Below are positions 25,871 to 35,605 of a stretch of DNA of 64,000 nucleotides, in pieces. The translations under genes were made by a program, and so were the position numbers. Below the pieces are notes generated by a model that searched no databases, was not told where the DNA came from, and saw only the letters and a list, made by a program, of their open reading frames with translations. Position 1 is the stretch's first letter. The number at the start of each line of letters is the position of its first letter. Source of the DNA: Pseudomonadota bacterium (GTDB lineage: Bacteria > Desulfobacterota > Desulfobacteria > Desulfobacterales > C00003106); assembly GCA_043818915.1 (NCBI GenBank), contig JBDRFJ010000166.1, positions 37,641 to 101,640 of the forward strand. Reading direction: 5' to 3'.

Positions 25871-27331
25871 ATGCTTATCATTCCTCTAACAGGAAAAATC
25901 AGCTGGCGGAATCCTCCTGTAATTACGATCGGGATCATTCTGATTAACTGCTTTGTATTTTTCTTTTTACAATCAAACGACAAGGAGTGGTGTCGTCAGA
26001 CTATAGAGTTTTATTTTGAATCCGAGCTGGTCAAAATAGAAGTCCCGAGGTATAGGGAGTACTTGAAAAGCGCAAAGGGTGAAGATGTCCCATCTTTCCA
26101 GGGAGAAGAAAAAGATGAAATGATTCTTGTCCGTTTTGTTCAAGAAATGGAAAAGGATCATGTTTTTATGAAAAAACTGCGCAATAATGAAATTATCACA
26201 CCGGAAGAATCCATATATGCGGAGTGGGCGAGCCTCAGGAAAATATATAAAGAGAAGCTGTCAAGGGTTGTCTTCTTACAGTACGGTTTCATTCCTGAGC
26301 ACAAAAACTTTATTGCTGTTTTTACCTATATGTTTCTACACGGTGGCTTTATGCACCTTTTGGGAAACATGGTTTTCCTATGGCTTGTTGGGTGTGTGCT
26401 CGAATTGGGATGCGGCAGAGTGCCGTATATTGTTGGATATGTGATAAGCGGCATTCTATCGGCAGTCCTTTTTGGGTTGATTTACATGGACAGTATGGCC
26501 CCTCTTGTTGGCGCTTCGGGGGCGATTTCCGGTCTTATCGGCGCCTATACTGTGCTATACGGCAAAAAAAAGGTTAAGGTCTTCTATTCTCTCGGCTTCT
26601 ATTTCAACTACGTCAAGGTGCCGGGAATCGTGCTCCTTCCGATCTGGATCAGTAACGAAATTTTCCAGTTATTATTTGGGGGAGACAGCCACATCGCTTA
26701 TGTCGCTCATATAGGAGGGCTTGTGAGTGGCGCCTTGTTGGGCTATATAAACCTGAATTTTTTTGGCCGTGTCAATCAAGAGGTATTTGAGGAAGATCGG
26801 TCAGAAGAGATCGCATCTCTGCTTGAGGAGGGATTACAGCGTATAGGAGAACTCGACATGAAGGGCGCCCGTCCCTTGCTGGAGCAGGTTCTCGATATAG
26901 ATCCCGGCAACCGGAATGCCCTAACGCACCTCTTTAACATCGACAAGCTCAATCCCGAAGGAGAGCCCTTTCATAAAACAGCAGAAAGGTTGTTGCTCCG
27001 TTTGTGTCATGATAAAGATTATGAGACAGTATACGCTGTATACGATGAATACCGCCGCATCGCAAAGCATCCCCGCCTGACGCCCGACCTTTACGCACGC
27101 CTCAGTGCAATATTCTCCGAACAGGGGCGCCCTGAAGCGGCTGAAAAGATTATGGCAAGGCTCTTACAAAGCTGTCCCCAGTTTCCTCAGATCCCTACGG
27201 GTATATTAAACCTGTCCCGCGCCTATATTAAAAAAGGGCTGTCCGATAAGGGTAGGAAATGCCTACGGGTGATTCGTAAACAATATCCCGCGTCGGCTGA
27301 ATCTCAGATTGCAGAGAGGTTGTTGAGATGA
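25871..27331 (+). CDS. rhomboid-family intramembrane serine protease with C-terminal TPR-like domain
   Basis: Catalytic motifs GASGAISGLIGA and AHIGGLVSGALLG lie in a 6-7 helix core. The C-terminal ~170 aa is helical-repeat. Confidence 0.85.
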   Translation: MLIIPLTGKISWRNPPVITIGIILINCFVFFFLQSNDKEWCRQTIEFYFESELVKIEVPRYREYLKSAKGEDVPSFQGEEKDEMILVRFVQEMEKDHVFMKKLRNNEIITPEESIYAEWASLRKIYKEKLSRVVFLQYGFIPEHKNFIAVFTYMFLHGGFMHLLGNMVFLWLVGCVLELGCGRVPYIVGYVISGILSAVLFGLIYMDSMAPLVGASGAISGLIGAYTVLYGKKKVKVFYSLGFYFNYVKVPGIVLLPIWISNEIFQLLFGGDSHIAYVAHIGGLVSGALLGYINLNFFGRVNQEVFEEDRSEEIASLLEEGLQRIGELDMKGARPLLEQVLDIDPGNRNALTHLFNIDKLNPEGEPFHKTAERLLLRLCHDKDYETVYAVYDEYRRIAKHPRLTPDLYARLSAIFSEQGRPEAAEKIMARLLQSCPQFPQIPTGILNLSRAYIKKGLSDKGRKCLRVIRKQYPASAESQIAERLLR

Positions 27332-27361
27332 GAGCATCAAAGACTTTTTGCGAAGTCATCA

Positions 27362-28795
27362 TCAAGCCGGGCTAATCTTTTCCAGATAGTCTCGAGCGTA
27401 TGGGGTAATATCGTGGTCAGGGTAAGCCTTGATCAACCCTTTAAGGACACCCACCGCTTTTTTCGGATTCTTTAATTTTTCACAGATAAGTTTTGCGGCA
27501 AGGAAATATGCTTTTGGAATCAAGGGACTTCCCGCGTTTGCTTTAATAAACCTATTATAAGCATTGATGGCGCTCCTGGTGTTACCGGTTTCGTTCAGCC
27601 AGCTCGCTGTCTTAAACAAGGTGGATGGGCCGGGTGTAAATTGGAGGTCTTTGGATATACACTCTGCATATATGTCACACACTTTATTTTGTTCATTTTT
27701 CTCCGCGAGGAGGTCCAGATATACTTTGCCGTGCGCTATCATTTCGGCCGTTCGTTGACTGATTTTTAGAAGGTTGTAATAGCGCTCGGACAGATTTAGA
27801 TCGGTAATAACACCCCCTGTCTCATATTGTATCAGAGAGATTGCGTTATCAATCTTCCCGTCTTTGATAAGAACATTAACCTGGTTGAGAATTCCATCGC
27901 TCGCATCGTGTTCGCTTTTTCCCGTTTCAGTGGACAGGTCTTCACTAACATCGTCGACCTCATATCCAATCTTTTCGTGATATTGGAAGATGACATATCC
28001 CATCATGTTATAGGAGGCAATAGTAAAGAAACTTTCTGCGATACCGAGAAGGAACAGATGTAAACCGGCAGGGAGGTGCTGAATCACATATTGTCCCAGG
28101 ACAGCAGGTGCGCTTCCCAGGAGTCCGAGGAGAAAGTACATCAACAGATATCCCCACCCGATTCTCCATGCCATTCCGGCGAAAAGCATAGGATTTAAAG
28201 CCGCTACAAAGCTGTCGGTGGTTACAAGGATTATGATCATTGCGGGAACGGATAAAATGGCAAAAGCGAGAAATAACAACGCGATGTAAATTCCCGCGGT
28301 TTTAGTGAGCCAAAAAAAGACTGCCCCGACCATTATAAAAAGGCCGATTTGTTTGAAAACCTGGTGAAAATCGTCAGAGATGGTTTGAAAATTGAGCTTT
28401 GGAGGACTAAGGTCACCCCGGGCCGTATTTTTAAGCACGGCATAGGAATATTTTAACAATATTCCCCAGATTATTATGGGCATCAAAAGAGCGAAGAAGC
28501 AGAGTTTGTAAGACAGGATGCGTACCAAGGAAATGACAATTATTAATGTAAGCGGCCTTGCATTCAACGGATAGGCGAAAAACTTCGGGAGCCTATTCCA
28601 GAATGGCGCTATTGTATTTCCGACCCCGAGAGATTTCGCTAATTGATTACACTTGGGGCACAAGTGGAAGGTTTTTTGTTGTCCATACTGTTCTTGGACA
28701 CGCTTTGTGACGCAATCAGAACAGTAATTTGCCTGACACTTGGGACAATTCCAGCGTGCCGGTCTGGTGGGGTGATAGTCACAAACTGTTTTCAT
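27362..28795 (-). CDS. zinc-ribbon / polytopic membrane / TPR protein of unknown function
   Basis: N-terminal Cys-rich module (CDYH...CPKC...CSDC...CPKC), about 7 hydrophobic helices, and a C-terminal TPR-like region. Confidence 0.6.
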   Translation of the reverse strand: MKTVCDYHPTRPARWNCPKCQANYCSDCVTKRVQEQYGQQKTFHLCPKCNQLAKSLGVGNTIAPFWNRLPKFFAYPLNARPLTLIIVISLVRILSYKLCFFALLMPIIIWGILLKYSYAVLKNTARGDLSPPKLNFQTISDDFHQVFKQIGLFIMVGAVFFWLTKTAGIYIALLFLAFAILSVPAMIIILVTTDSFVAALNPMLFAGMAWRIGWGYLLMYFLLGLLGSAPAVLGQYVIQHLPAGLHLFLLGIAESFFTIASYNMMGYVIFQYHEKIGYEVDDVSEDLSTETGKSEHDASDGILNQVNVLIKDGKIDNAISLIQYETGGVITDLNLSERYYNLLKISQRTAEMIAHGKVYLDLLAEKNEQNKVCDIYAECISKDLQFTPGPSTLFKTASWLNETGNTRSAINAYNRFIKANAGSPLIPKAYFLAAKLICEKLKNPKKAVGVLKGLIKAYPDHDITPYARDYLEKISPA

Positions 28796-28990
28796 GTCTT
28801 TTCCGTTATATCCAATAGTGGAGGCATTTTAATCACCGAGATTACAACTCTCTTTTTACACGAAATCGGTATAAAAATTAAAAAACTTTAGCGCGTTATC
28901 GATGATTTGTAAACGGTTACAAATGCTTGACGGAATTTATACGGTATCAGATTTAATATATTGCATTTTATAGATTAGATTAATATCTAT

Positions 28991-29059
28991 TACCTAAGTT
29001 GAGCGATTTTTGAGGAAGAGATTGGTGCAGATCGAGTCAAAAATCGTTCAACTTAGGTA
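28991..29059 (+). repeat. 69-nt hairpin element, copy 2
   Basis: tacctaagttgagcgattttt-[gaggaagagattggtgcagatcgagtc]-aaaaatcgttcaacttaggta, in the same orientation as copy 1. Confidence 0.8.
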
Positions 29060-29213
29060 TTAATACAAGTCCATGCATATAGAATTTGATAGTTTCGTAA
29101 AAATGGACCTTTGTTAAACGCGTAACAGTAAAGTATCATGTACGGAATGCCGAAAGCAAAATGAAGGAGATGGAATACTGAAGGATTTAATATTCTTAAA
29201 TAAGGAGGATCGT

Positions 29214-29972
29214 ATGAAGAGAATAGGCGTTATTTTACTGGTTTTGGGTTTGCTGTGTGTTCCTTTTTCGGCGTATGCCCTTGAGGTGGGAGTCAGGGGA
29301 TATTACTGGTTCCCGGAGTTGGACGGCGATGTTACGGTAGATGAGGGCGGCACCCTTGGCACTACAATAGATTTTGAAGATGATCTTGGAATGGATGATG
29401 AAAGCTACCCGATGGTTGAAGCGTTTGTAGGGCTCGGAGATCACCATTTCAGCGTATCTGCTATGCAGGTCGATTATTCGGGGTCAGAAACTCTTACAAA
29501 GACTATATACTTTAAAGGCGAGGACTATACTGCGACAACTGCTGTTGAGTCTTCTTTGAAATATGACATGGTAGATGCCGAATATCAGTACGACGTCATT
29601 GATCTTGAAAATATCCTGGCGGGTTTTTCCATAGGAGTCATTGCAAAGGTAAAGTGGGTTGATGGAGAAGTGGAAATAAAATCGGCTACTGAGACCGAAA
29701 AGGAGACGTTTGCCGCGCCCATCCCCATGGTTGGTGTGGGGGTTCATGTGGGGCTTATTGCCGACATCTTAGAAGCTCGCGTAAAAGCAACCGGTATCGG
29801 CTATTCGGGAAACGCTCTCTATGATGTTATGGGCGACATCTCATTCACCCCGTTTCCGTTTGTTGACATTCACGGCGGGTATCGTATAATTCATCTTGAT
29901 ATAGATGTTGATGATGTGGAACTAAACTACGATATGTCCGGTCCGTATGCGGCTGTAACTGTGAGTTTTTAA
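29214..29972 (+). CDS. outer-membrane beta-barrel protein
   Basis: Signal peptide MKRIGVILLVLGLLCVPFSAYA, alternating-hydrophobicity strands, and a C-terminal aromatic residue (VTVSF). RBS AAGGAGG. Confidence 0.7.
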   Translation: MKRIGVILLVLGLLCVPFSAYALEVGVRGYYWFPELDGDVTVDEGGTLGTTIDFEDDLGMDDESYPMVEAFVGLGDHHFSVSAMQVDYSGSETLTKTIYFKGEDYTATTAVESSLKYDMVDAEYQYDVIDLENILAGFSIGVIAKVKWVDGEVEIKSATETEKETFAAPIPMVGVGVHVGLIADILEARVKATGIGYSGNALYDVMGDISFTPFPFVDIHGGYRIIHLDIDVDDVELNYDMSGPYAAVTVSF

Positions 29973-29988
29973 ATCATAGGAAAGAATC

Positions 29989-30058
29989 TCACCGCAAAGA
30001 GCGCAAAGAAAGACTCAGGTCTTTAAAAAACTTTGCGCTCTTTGCGTCTTTGCGGTGA
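29989..30058. terminator. hairpin built from CGCAAAGA-type 8-mers between convergent genes
   Basis: tcaccgcaaagagcgcaaag ... ctttgcgctctttgcgtctttgcggtga. The right arm carries one extra 8-nt unit. A half copy occurs at 52586-52610. Confidence 0.55.
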
Positions 30059-30077
30059 AATAAACTTTTGTCTCTTT

Positions 30078-31304
30078 TCACATACCATTCGGCCAAAGTT
30101 TGGTGATCATCCCGTTCATCTGCTTGGCGAAATTCCCGCGAGGATATTTTGCGAGCACAGGTCTCAATTGGTTGGTAGCATTTTTAACTTCATACTCAAA
30201 TGAGAAGTTGCCCAAATATTTTACCTCAATGGAAAGCATCTTTTTCGAGACGTCCTGAATCCGGGTCACTACATCCTTATAATTTGAGTCTGCATTGACC
30301 ATGTTCACGATGAGGTATGGATTAAAACTTTTCAAGATTTGATGAATAAGATTCAGATGTTTTGGTTTTGAATCTTTAATGATCTTAATGAGTTCATGTA
30401 TGGATGTTATCTCATTACCACTGCCGGTATGGGTCGCCTCTCTTATTATTGCTGTCAATTCAGTATCTTTTTGTTTATTCCATTTTGATTCAGAGCTGAA
30501 GATTCGATTCAGTTTACGGTACAAAGCTACCTTAACAAAGCTATACGCTTCCAAATACGCAGCAGGCTCGCAGGTAGTGATCACTATTTGACAGTCTGCT
30601 GCAAGGAAAAAATCGAGTGTATTATAGGAGGTGCCTCCTCCAAGGTCCATTATGATATATTCTGTATCGATCTGTTTTATCGTTTTGAGCAGCTTGAGCT
30701 TTCTCAAATAATTAATGTTGCCTGCCCCCAGTTCGGATCCATCTCCGCCGATAAACGAAGGGCCGTATCGACTCAGCATGGTAATGTCGGACAATGACCG
30801 TGCCTTCTTGTTCAAGAAGTCGTTGATGGTCTTACGAATAGAAGTTTCACCTAAGTACAGATGAAGATTAGCGCCTCCCAGGTCCAGATCGATTAATGTG
30901 GTTGATTTGCCAAGAGAAGAAAGTAAAATCCCGAGATTGGATACAAACATGCTCTTTCCTATCCCTCCTTTTGCTCCTCCTACGGCAATGATTTTTGGAT
31001 AATCTCTTTTGAGAGCGCCGGCCTGGGCGTATTCTTTATGGCTGAGATAATTCTTTACGACGTTATAAGAGTCGTTTATTTTTATAAAGCGTTCCTGACG
31101 CCTTGTGAGTATTTCCGGTGCGTCATTATTATTAAGGTCCGGGTGATATTGTTTTGCTTTTTTTCTAAAGGCCGTTCTCAGTGATTCAAGCCTTAAGTTT
31201 TGGATAAATTGATTGTTCTTCGCTAATTCAGGAGAAAATAAATAGGCACAGGCATATCTGATTTGAAAGAGTTCCTTTGGAGATAAATCCTTTAACGCAA
31301 TCAT
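30078..31304 (-). CDS. J-domain (DnaJ-like) fused to a MinD/FlhG/ParA-type P-loop ATPase
   Basis: J-domain HPD motif (KAKQYHPDLNNN), then the deviant Walker A GGAKGGIGKS, IDLDLGGANLH and IIMDLGGG. Confidence 0.8.
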   Translation of the reverse strand: MIALKDLSPKELFQIRYACAYLFSPELAKNNQFIQNLRLESLRTAFRKKAKQYHPDLNNNDAPEILTRRQERFIKINDSYNVVKNYLSHKEYAQAGALKRDYPKIIAVGGAKGGIGKSMFVSNLGILLSSLGKSTTLIDLDLGGANLHLYLGETSIRKTINDFLNKKARSLSDITMLSRYGPSFIGGDGSELGAGNINYLRKLKLLKTIKQIDTEYIIMDLGGGTSYNTLDFFLAADCQIVITTCEPAAYLEAYSFVKVALYRKLNRIFSSESKWNKQKDTELTAIIREATHTGSGNEITSIHELIKIIKDSKPKHLNLIHQILKSFNPYLIVNMVNADSNYKDVVTRIQDVSKKMLSIEVKYLGNFSFEYEVKNATNQLRPVLAKYPRGNFAKQMNGMITKLWPNGM

Positions 31305-31336
31305 AAAAATAATAACCCCATGTTATATGATATTTT

Positions 31337-31613
31337 GTAACTGCTTAGGTTGTTAGGTTCACGGTTCACGGTTCAAGGTTAAACTGACCCGCCTGCCTCG
31401 CCTGAGCCCGCCCGGCACTTGCCTGACGCCTGCCATTGCAAGGCACGAGCGGGCAGGTGAAAGAGAGGCTATACAAATTCGGAATTCATCCCGTTCTATA
31501 TACCAAGCGGTCTTGCACGGAAGTCCAGAGCGATCTTTATGTCGCCCTGGATGTAGAGTACATATCGCCCAACCGTGAACCGTGAACCTGGAACTTTGAA
31601 CCTGAGTAGTTAC
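31337..31613. repeat. GTTCACGGTTCA-family palindromic element, long form (277 bp)
   Basis: Termini gtaactgcttaggtt...aacctgagtagttac, with ggttcacggttcacggttcaagg / ccgtgaaccgtgaacctggaac arms enclosing ~190 bp of unique GC-rich sequence. Confidence 0.75.
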
Positions 31614-31705
31614 ATGTAATGTTTTATTGTTCGGTAAGAACCGAGATCTATATATCTGATCGTACGATAGGGGCAATTTGTTTAAGGAAAAATAGTGGGG
31701 GGAAT

Positions 31706-32644
31706 TTAGGACCTTGCTTTAAAGAAGACTCCTCTTTCCTTTTTTTCAGTCTCTATAATTTTTTCTTCCGTCAGCCTATAGATCCATTTGTTGAGTTCAC
31801 TTATGCGGAGTCCGAGCATCTCAGATAGATCCTCTATGGTGCAAGGACGTCTCTTAATTGTCCTCAAGATGATGTCGGCAATGTCCTCATTGTATGCGGG
31901 TTTCTTCTCCTTATGCTGAAACTTGGCGATGATTTCTGCCCGCTCAGTTCCAAAATATGAGGCAATCGTTTCCAAATCCTCTCGGCTTGCGCTATCTACC
32001 CAATCTTCCGTCCCGGGCCGGTCGAGCGTGTTTAGTTGAACTTTGTCGGGCTGTATCTTTTTAATGGCTCCCTTTAATGCCTTAAGTTCTGATTCTGTAT
32101 TATTTAATCCCGGGACTATAAAAATTTCGAGCCAGATCGGGCCGGGATATTCCTTGCGCATGCTTACAAGACCGTCGATTATTTTTTGAGGATTCAATTG
32201 GGGGGAAGGTCGGTTGATCTTTCGGAACACTATATCAGACACGGCATCAAGCGAAGGGATGATCAGATCGACCGATCTCACCTCTTTGCGGAGATTTTCA
32301 AGGTAAAAAAGACTTCCATTGGTGAGCAGGCAAATTTTATAGTTTGAATATTCGGTTTTTAAAAAATCGATTATATTTCCGATGCCGGAATGAAGAGTTG
32401 GTTCGCCGGAACCGGAAAAGGTGATAAAATCGAGCGCCGGATTCCGGTCAAGATAGTCCTTAAGTTCAGCTATGACCTCTTTTAATGGGACATACTCTTT
32501 CCTGTTTATGGTAAGGTGTGTTGTTTTGCCGCACTCACAATAGACGCAATTGTATGTGCATGTCTTAAACGGCACCAGATCAACGCCCAGTGACATCCCC
32601 AGTCTTCTTGAGGGAACAGGGCCAAAAAGGTATCTGTAATTCAT
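31706..32644 (-). CDS. radical SAM protein with C-terminal winged-helix-like domain
   Basis: CTYNCVYCECG (CxxxCxxC) near the N-terminus, the GSGEPTL glycine-rich block, and a C-terminal RRPCTIEDLSEMLGLRISELNKWIYRL. Confidence 0.82.
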   Translation of the reverse strand: MNYRYLFGPVPSRRLGMSLGVDLVPFKTCTYNCVYCECGKTTHLTINRKEYVPLKEVIAELKDYLDRNPALDFITFSGSGEPTLHSGIGNIIDFLKTEYSNYKICLLTNGSLFYLENLRKEVRSVDLIIPSLDAVSDIVFRKINRPSPQLNPQKIIDGLVSMRKEYPGPIWLEIFIVPGLNNTESELKALKGAIKKIQPDKVQLNTLDRPGTEDWVDSASREDLETIASYFGTERAEIIAKFQHKEKKPAYNEDIADIILRTIKRRPCTIEDLSEMLGLRISELNKWIYRLTEEKIIETEKKERGVFFKARS

Positions 32645-32660
32645 GGTAGTTAAGTTTTCC

Positions 32661-32811
32661 TATCTTATAGACTTTCAGCAAAGCTTATGATTTTTATATA
32701 TGGCATGCGGACCAAATAAATCCGAAATCCGAATATCGAAACTCGAAACAAATTCAAAATACAAATATCAAAGGTTCAAAACGTTATTCAATCTTACGCG
32801 GTAAACCACAT
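32661..32811 (+). repeat. AAATCCGAAAT-family element, one-armed copy with conserved 5' module
   Basis: tatcttatagactttcagcaaagcttatgattttt...aaatccgaaatccgaatatcgaaactcgaaacaaattcaaaatacaaatatcaaaggttcaaaacgttattcaatcttacgcgg. Collinear with 41770-41905. Confidence 0.7.
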
Positions 32812-32966
32812 CAGCCTTTACCTTATTCCCAAAACATAAAGCATTTTCTTAAAGTACATATATACTATAGAAACAGGACGATAACAATCCATTTATCTGA
32901 AATATCTTGCCATTTAGGCGGTTGTATGGCATAGAAACTGACAACTGACACTAAGGAGTGGTTTGC

Positions 32967-35558
32967 ATGCACGAACGATATGAACCTGAAGCAATAGAGT
33001 TGAAATGGGAAAAGATATGGGAAGAGACAGAGCTGTTTAAAGTAAGCGAGGACCAGAATAAGAAAAAATATTATCTGTTGGAGATGTTCCCGTATCCGTC
33101 CGGAAAGATTCATATGGGGCATGTGCGCAACTACACGATTGGCGATGTGATAGCACGCTATAAACGAATGCGGGGCTTTAACGTACTGCATCCAATGGGA
33201 TGGGACGCTTTTGGCATGCCGGCGGAGAATGCGGCGATTGCCAACAAGACCCATCCAGCGGCCTGGACCTATGAAAATATCGATGCCATGAGGACCCAAC
33301 TCAAGCGCATGGGATTCAGCTACGATTGGGAACGGGAGATTGCTACATGCCGTCCCGAGTATTATCGATGGGAACAATGGTTGTTCCTGAAGATGTTAGA
33401 AAGAGGGATGGTCTATAGGAAAAAATCTTTTGTAAACTGGTGTGAGAATTGCCGGACCGTGCTTGCCAACGAGCAGGTGGAAGGGGGATTATGCTGGAGG
33501 TGTGACGGTGAGGTTGTCCAAAAAGAGCTGGATCAATGGTTCTTTAAGATCACCGATTATGCCGACGAACTCCTTGAATACTGTGATAAACTGCCCGGTT
33601 GGCCTGAAAAGGTCACTACCATGCAGAAAAACTGGATCGGGAAGAGCTATGGCGCGGAGATTCGATTCCCTTTGGAAAAGGGGGAAGGCACGATTACGGT
33701 TTTTACCACGCGTGCGGACACGCTTTTTGGGGCAACCTTTATGAGCCTGGCCCCGGAACATCCCCTGGTGTTGGAACTTTCAAAAGGGACGGATCAGGAA
33801 GGCCCCATCCAACAGTTTGTAAAACGGATGCGGCATCAGGACAAGGCAAAAAGGACCTCGGAAGACTATGAAAAAGAGGGAGTTTTTACCGGGGCGTATT
33901 GCATCAACCCTGTTACAGGCTGGAAGATGCCGATTTTAGCGGCAAACTTTGCCTTGATGGAATACGGTACCGGAGCGGTTATGGCGGTACCGGCCCATGA
34001 CCAGCGCGACTTCGAATTTGCAAAGAAATATGGTTTAGATATCGTGGTAGTCATCCAGCCGAAGGATGAAGACCTTGACCCCGCTGCCATGACCGAGGCA
34101 TATGTGGATCGTGGAACCCTTGTGAATTCCGGAAAGTTTGACGGTATGGACAATATCGAAGCGCAGGAATTTATTGCCGCGTATCTGGAAGAAGAGGGTA
34201 AGGGGAAAAAATCGGTCAATTTCAGACTCAGGGACTGGGGAATTTCCCGGCAGCGATACTGGGGCGCCCCGATCCCTGTGGTATATTGTGAAAAGTGCGG
34301 CGTGGTCCCCGTGCCGGAAGAAGACCTCCCGATTATCCTTCCGGAAGAAGTGAAATTTGGTGAAGACGGCAGGTCTCCCCTGCCGGACCTTGACTATTTT
34401 AGAAAAACATCGTGTCCAAAGTGCGGCAATCCTAACGCCGGAAGAGAAACCGATACAATGGATACCTTTGTTGAGTCTTCCTGGTATTTTGAGCGATATT
34501 GCAGCCCTCATTACGACAAGGGTATGTTTGCTCCCGAGAATGTTGAATACTGGATGCCTGTAGATCAATATATCGGAGGGATTGAGCACGCCATATTGCA
34601 TCTTCTCTATGCCCGCTACTTTACGCGAATTCTTAGGGATGTGGGGTTGGCGGAATGTTCAGAGCCGTTTGATCGATTACTCACCCAGGGGATGGTATGC
34701 AAGGAGACACTCAAGTGCCCGGAGCACGGCTTTATCTTTCCGGATGAGGTATCCGGGGCTGACAACAATCATACCTGTAAGTTGTGTGGAAAGAAAGTCG
34801 CGGTTGGCCGGATCGAGAAGATGTCAAAATCCAAGAAAAATGTTGTTGATCCCAATTTCTTGATCAAAAAGTATGGCGCTGATACCCTGCGTCTTTGCTG
34901 CCTTTTTGCCGCACCCCCTGAACGGGACCTTGACTGGAGCGACCAGGGCGTCGAGGGAGCGTACAGGTTTTTGAATCGGGTATGGCGGCTCGTGGCTGAT
35001 TATGCAGATTCTGTTAAGGGGATTGCCCCCTTTGACGGGAAAGAATCGCTAACTGAAGATCTGAATAGTATCTATAAAAAAACACACCAGACAATAAAGG
35101 GTGTCACAAGGGATATTGATCCAAGATTTCACTTCAACACGGCAATCAGCGGTATAATGGAATTAGTGAATACCATTTACGGAGTAAAGGACCGGCTAAA
35201 GACCGATACGATTACATGCTCCGTAATGCGGTTCGCGCTCGAAGCCCTTGTAATTCTTATTTCACCTTTTGTCCCACATATTGCCGATGAACTGTGGGAG
35301 GCTCTGGGTCACACTGGTAGTGTATTGTCCGTTCCCTGGCCTGAATATCGAGAAGACGCAATAAAAGAAGAAGAACTTCTAATTATAGTACAGGTAAACG
35401 GAAAGGTGCGAAGCAGGTTTACTGTCGGTGCGGATGCCGACGATGAGGCAATCAAAGATGCCGCCCTTGCCAATGAGCGGATTGTCTCATATCTTGACGG
35501 GAGACCCGTGAAGAAGATTATTGTGATAAAGAAAAAATTGGTTAATATTGTTGTTTAG
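32967..35558 (+). CDS. leuS: leucyl-tRNA synthetase
   Basis: HMGHVRNY (HIGH-type) and KMSKSKKN (KMSKS) motifs and full-length class I LeuRS architecture. ATG lies 8 nt after AAGGAG. Confidence 0.97.
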   Translation: MHERYEPEAIELKWEKIWEETELFKVSEDQNKKKYYLLEMFPYPSGKIHMGHVRNYTIGDVIARYKRMRGFNVLHPMGWDAFGMPAENAAIANKTHPAAWTYENIDAMRTQLKRMGFSYDWEREIATCRPEYYRWEQWLFLKMLERGMVYRKKSFVNWCENCRTVLANEQVEGGLCWRCDGEVVQKELDQWFFKITDYADELLEYCDKLPGWPEKVTTMQKNWIGKSYGAEIRFPLEKGEGTITVFTTRADTLFGATFMSLAPEHPLVLELSKGTDQEGPIQQFVKRMRHQDKAKRTSEDYEKEGVFTGAYCINPVTGWKMPILAANFALMEYGTGAVMAVPAHDQRDFEFAKKYGLDIVVVIQPKDEDLDPAAMTEAYVDRGTLVNSGKFDGMDNIEAQEFIAAYLEEEGKGKKSVNFRLRDWGISRQRYWGAPIPVVYCEKCGVVPVPEEDLPIILPEEVKFGEDGRSPLPDLDYFRKTSCPKCGNPNAGRETDTMDTFVESSWYFERYCSPHYDKGMFAPENVEYWMPVDQYIGGIEHAILHLLYARYFTRILRDVGLAECSEPFDRLLTQGMVCKETLKCPEHGFIFPDEVSGADNNHTCKLCGKKVAVGRIEKMSKSKKNVVDPNFLIKKYGADTLRLCCLFAAPPERDLDWSDQGVEGAYRFLNRVWRLVADYADSVKGIAPFDGKESLTEDLNSIYKKTHQTIKGVTRDIDPRFHFNTAISGIMELVNTIYGVKDRLKTDTITCSVMRFALEALVILISPFVPHIADELWEALGHTGSVLSVPWPEYREDAIKEEELLIIVQVNGKVRSRFTVGADADDEAIKDAALANERIVSYLDGRPVKKIIVIKKKLVNIVV

Positions 35559-35605
35559 AATTGGGGAATTAAGGAATTGAGGAATTTAGGAATTAGGGGA
35601 TTGAG
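35559..35605. repeat. GGAATT-period repeat block (family shared with 36111-36200, 46231-46243, 54128-54170 and 54366-54404)
   Basis: aattggggaattaaggaattgaggaatttaggaattaggggattgag. It overlaps the predicted lptE 5' end. Confidence 0.7.

Noticed and set aside
31359-31676. 105-aa ORF within the 277-bp palindromic element
   Set aside because: The translation is dominated by repeat-arm sequence (VHGSRFTVHG-type). There is no RBS, and the same repeat family occurs without an ORF elsewhere.
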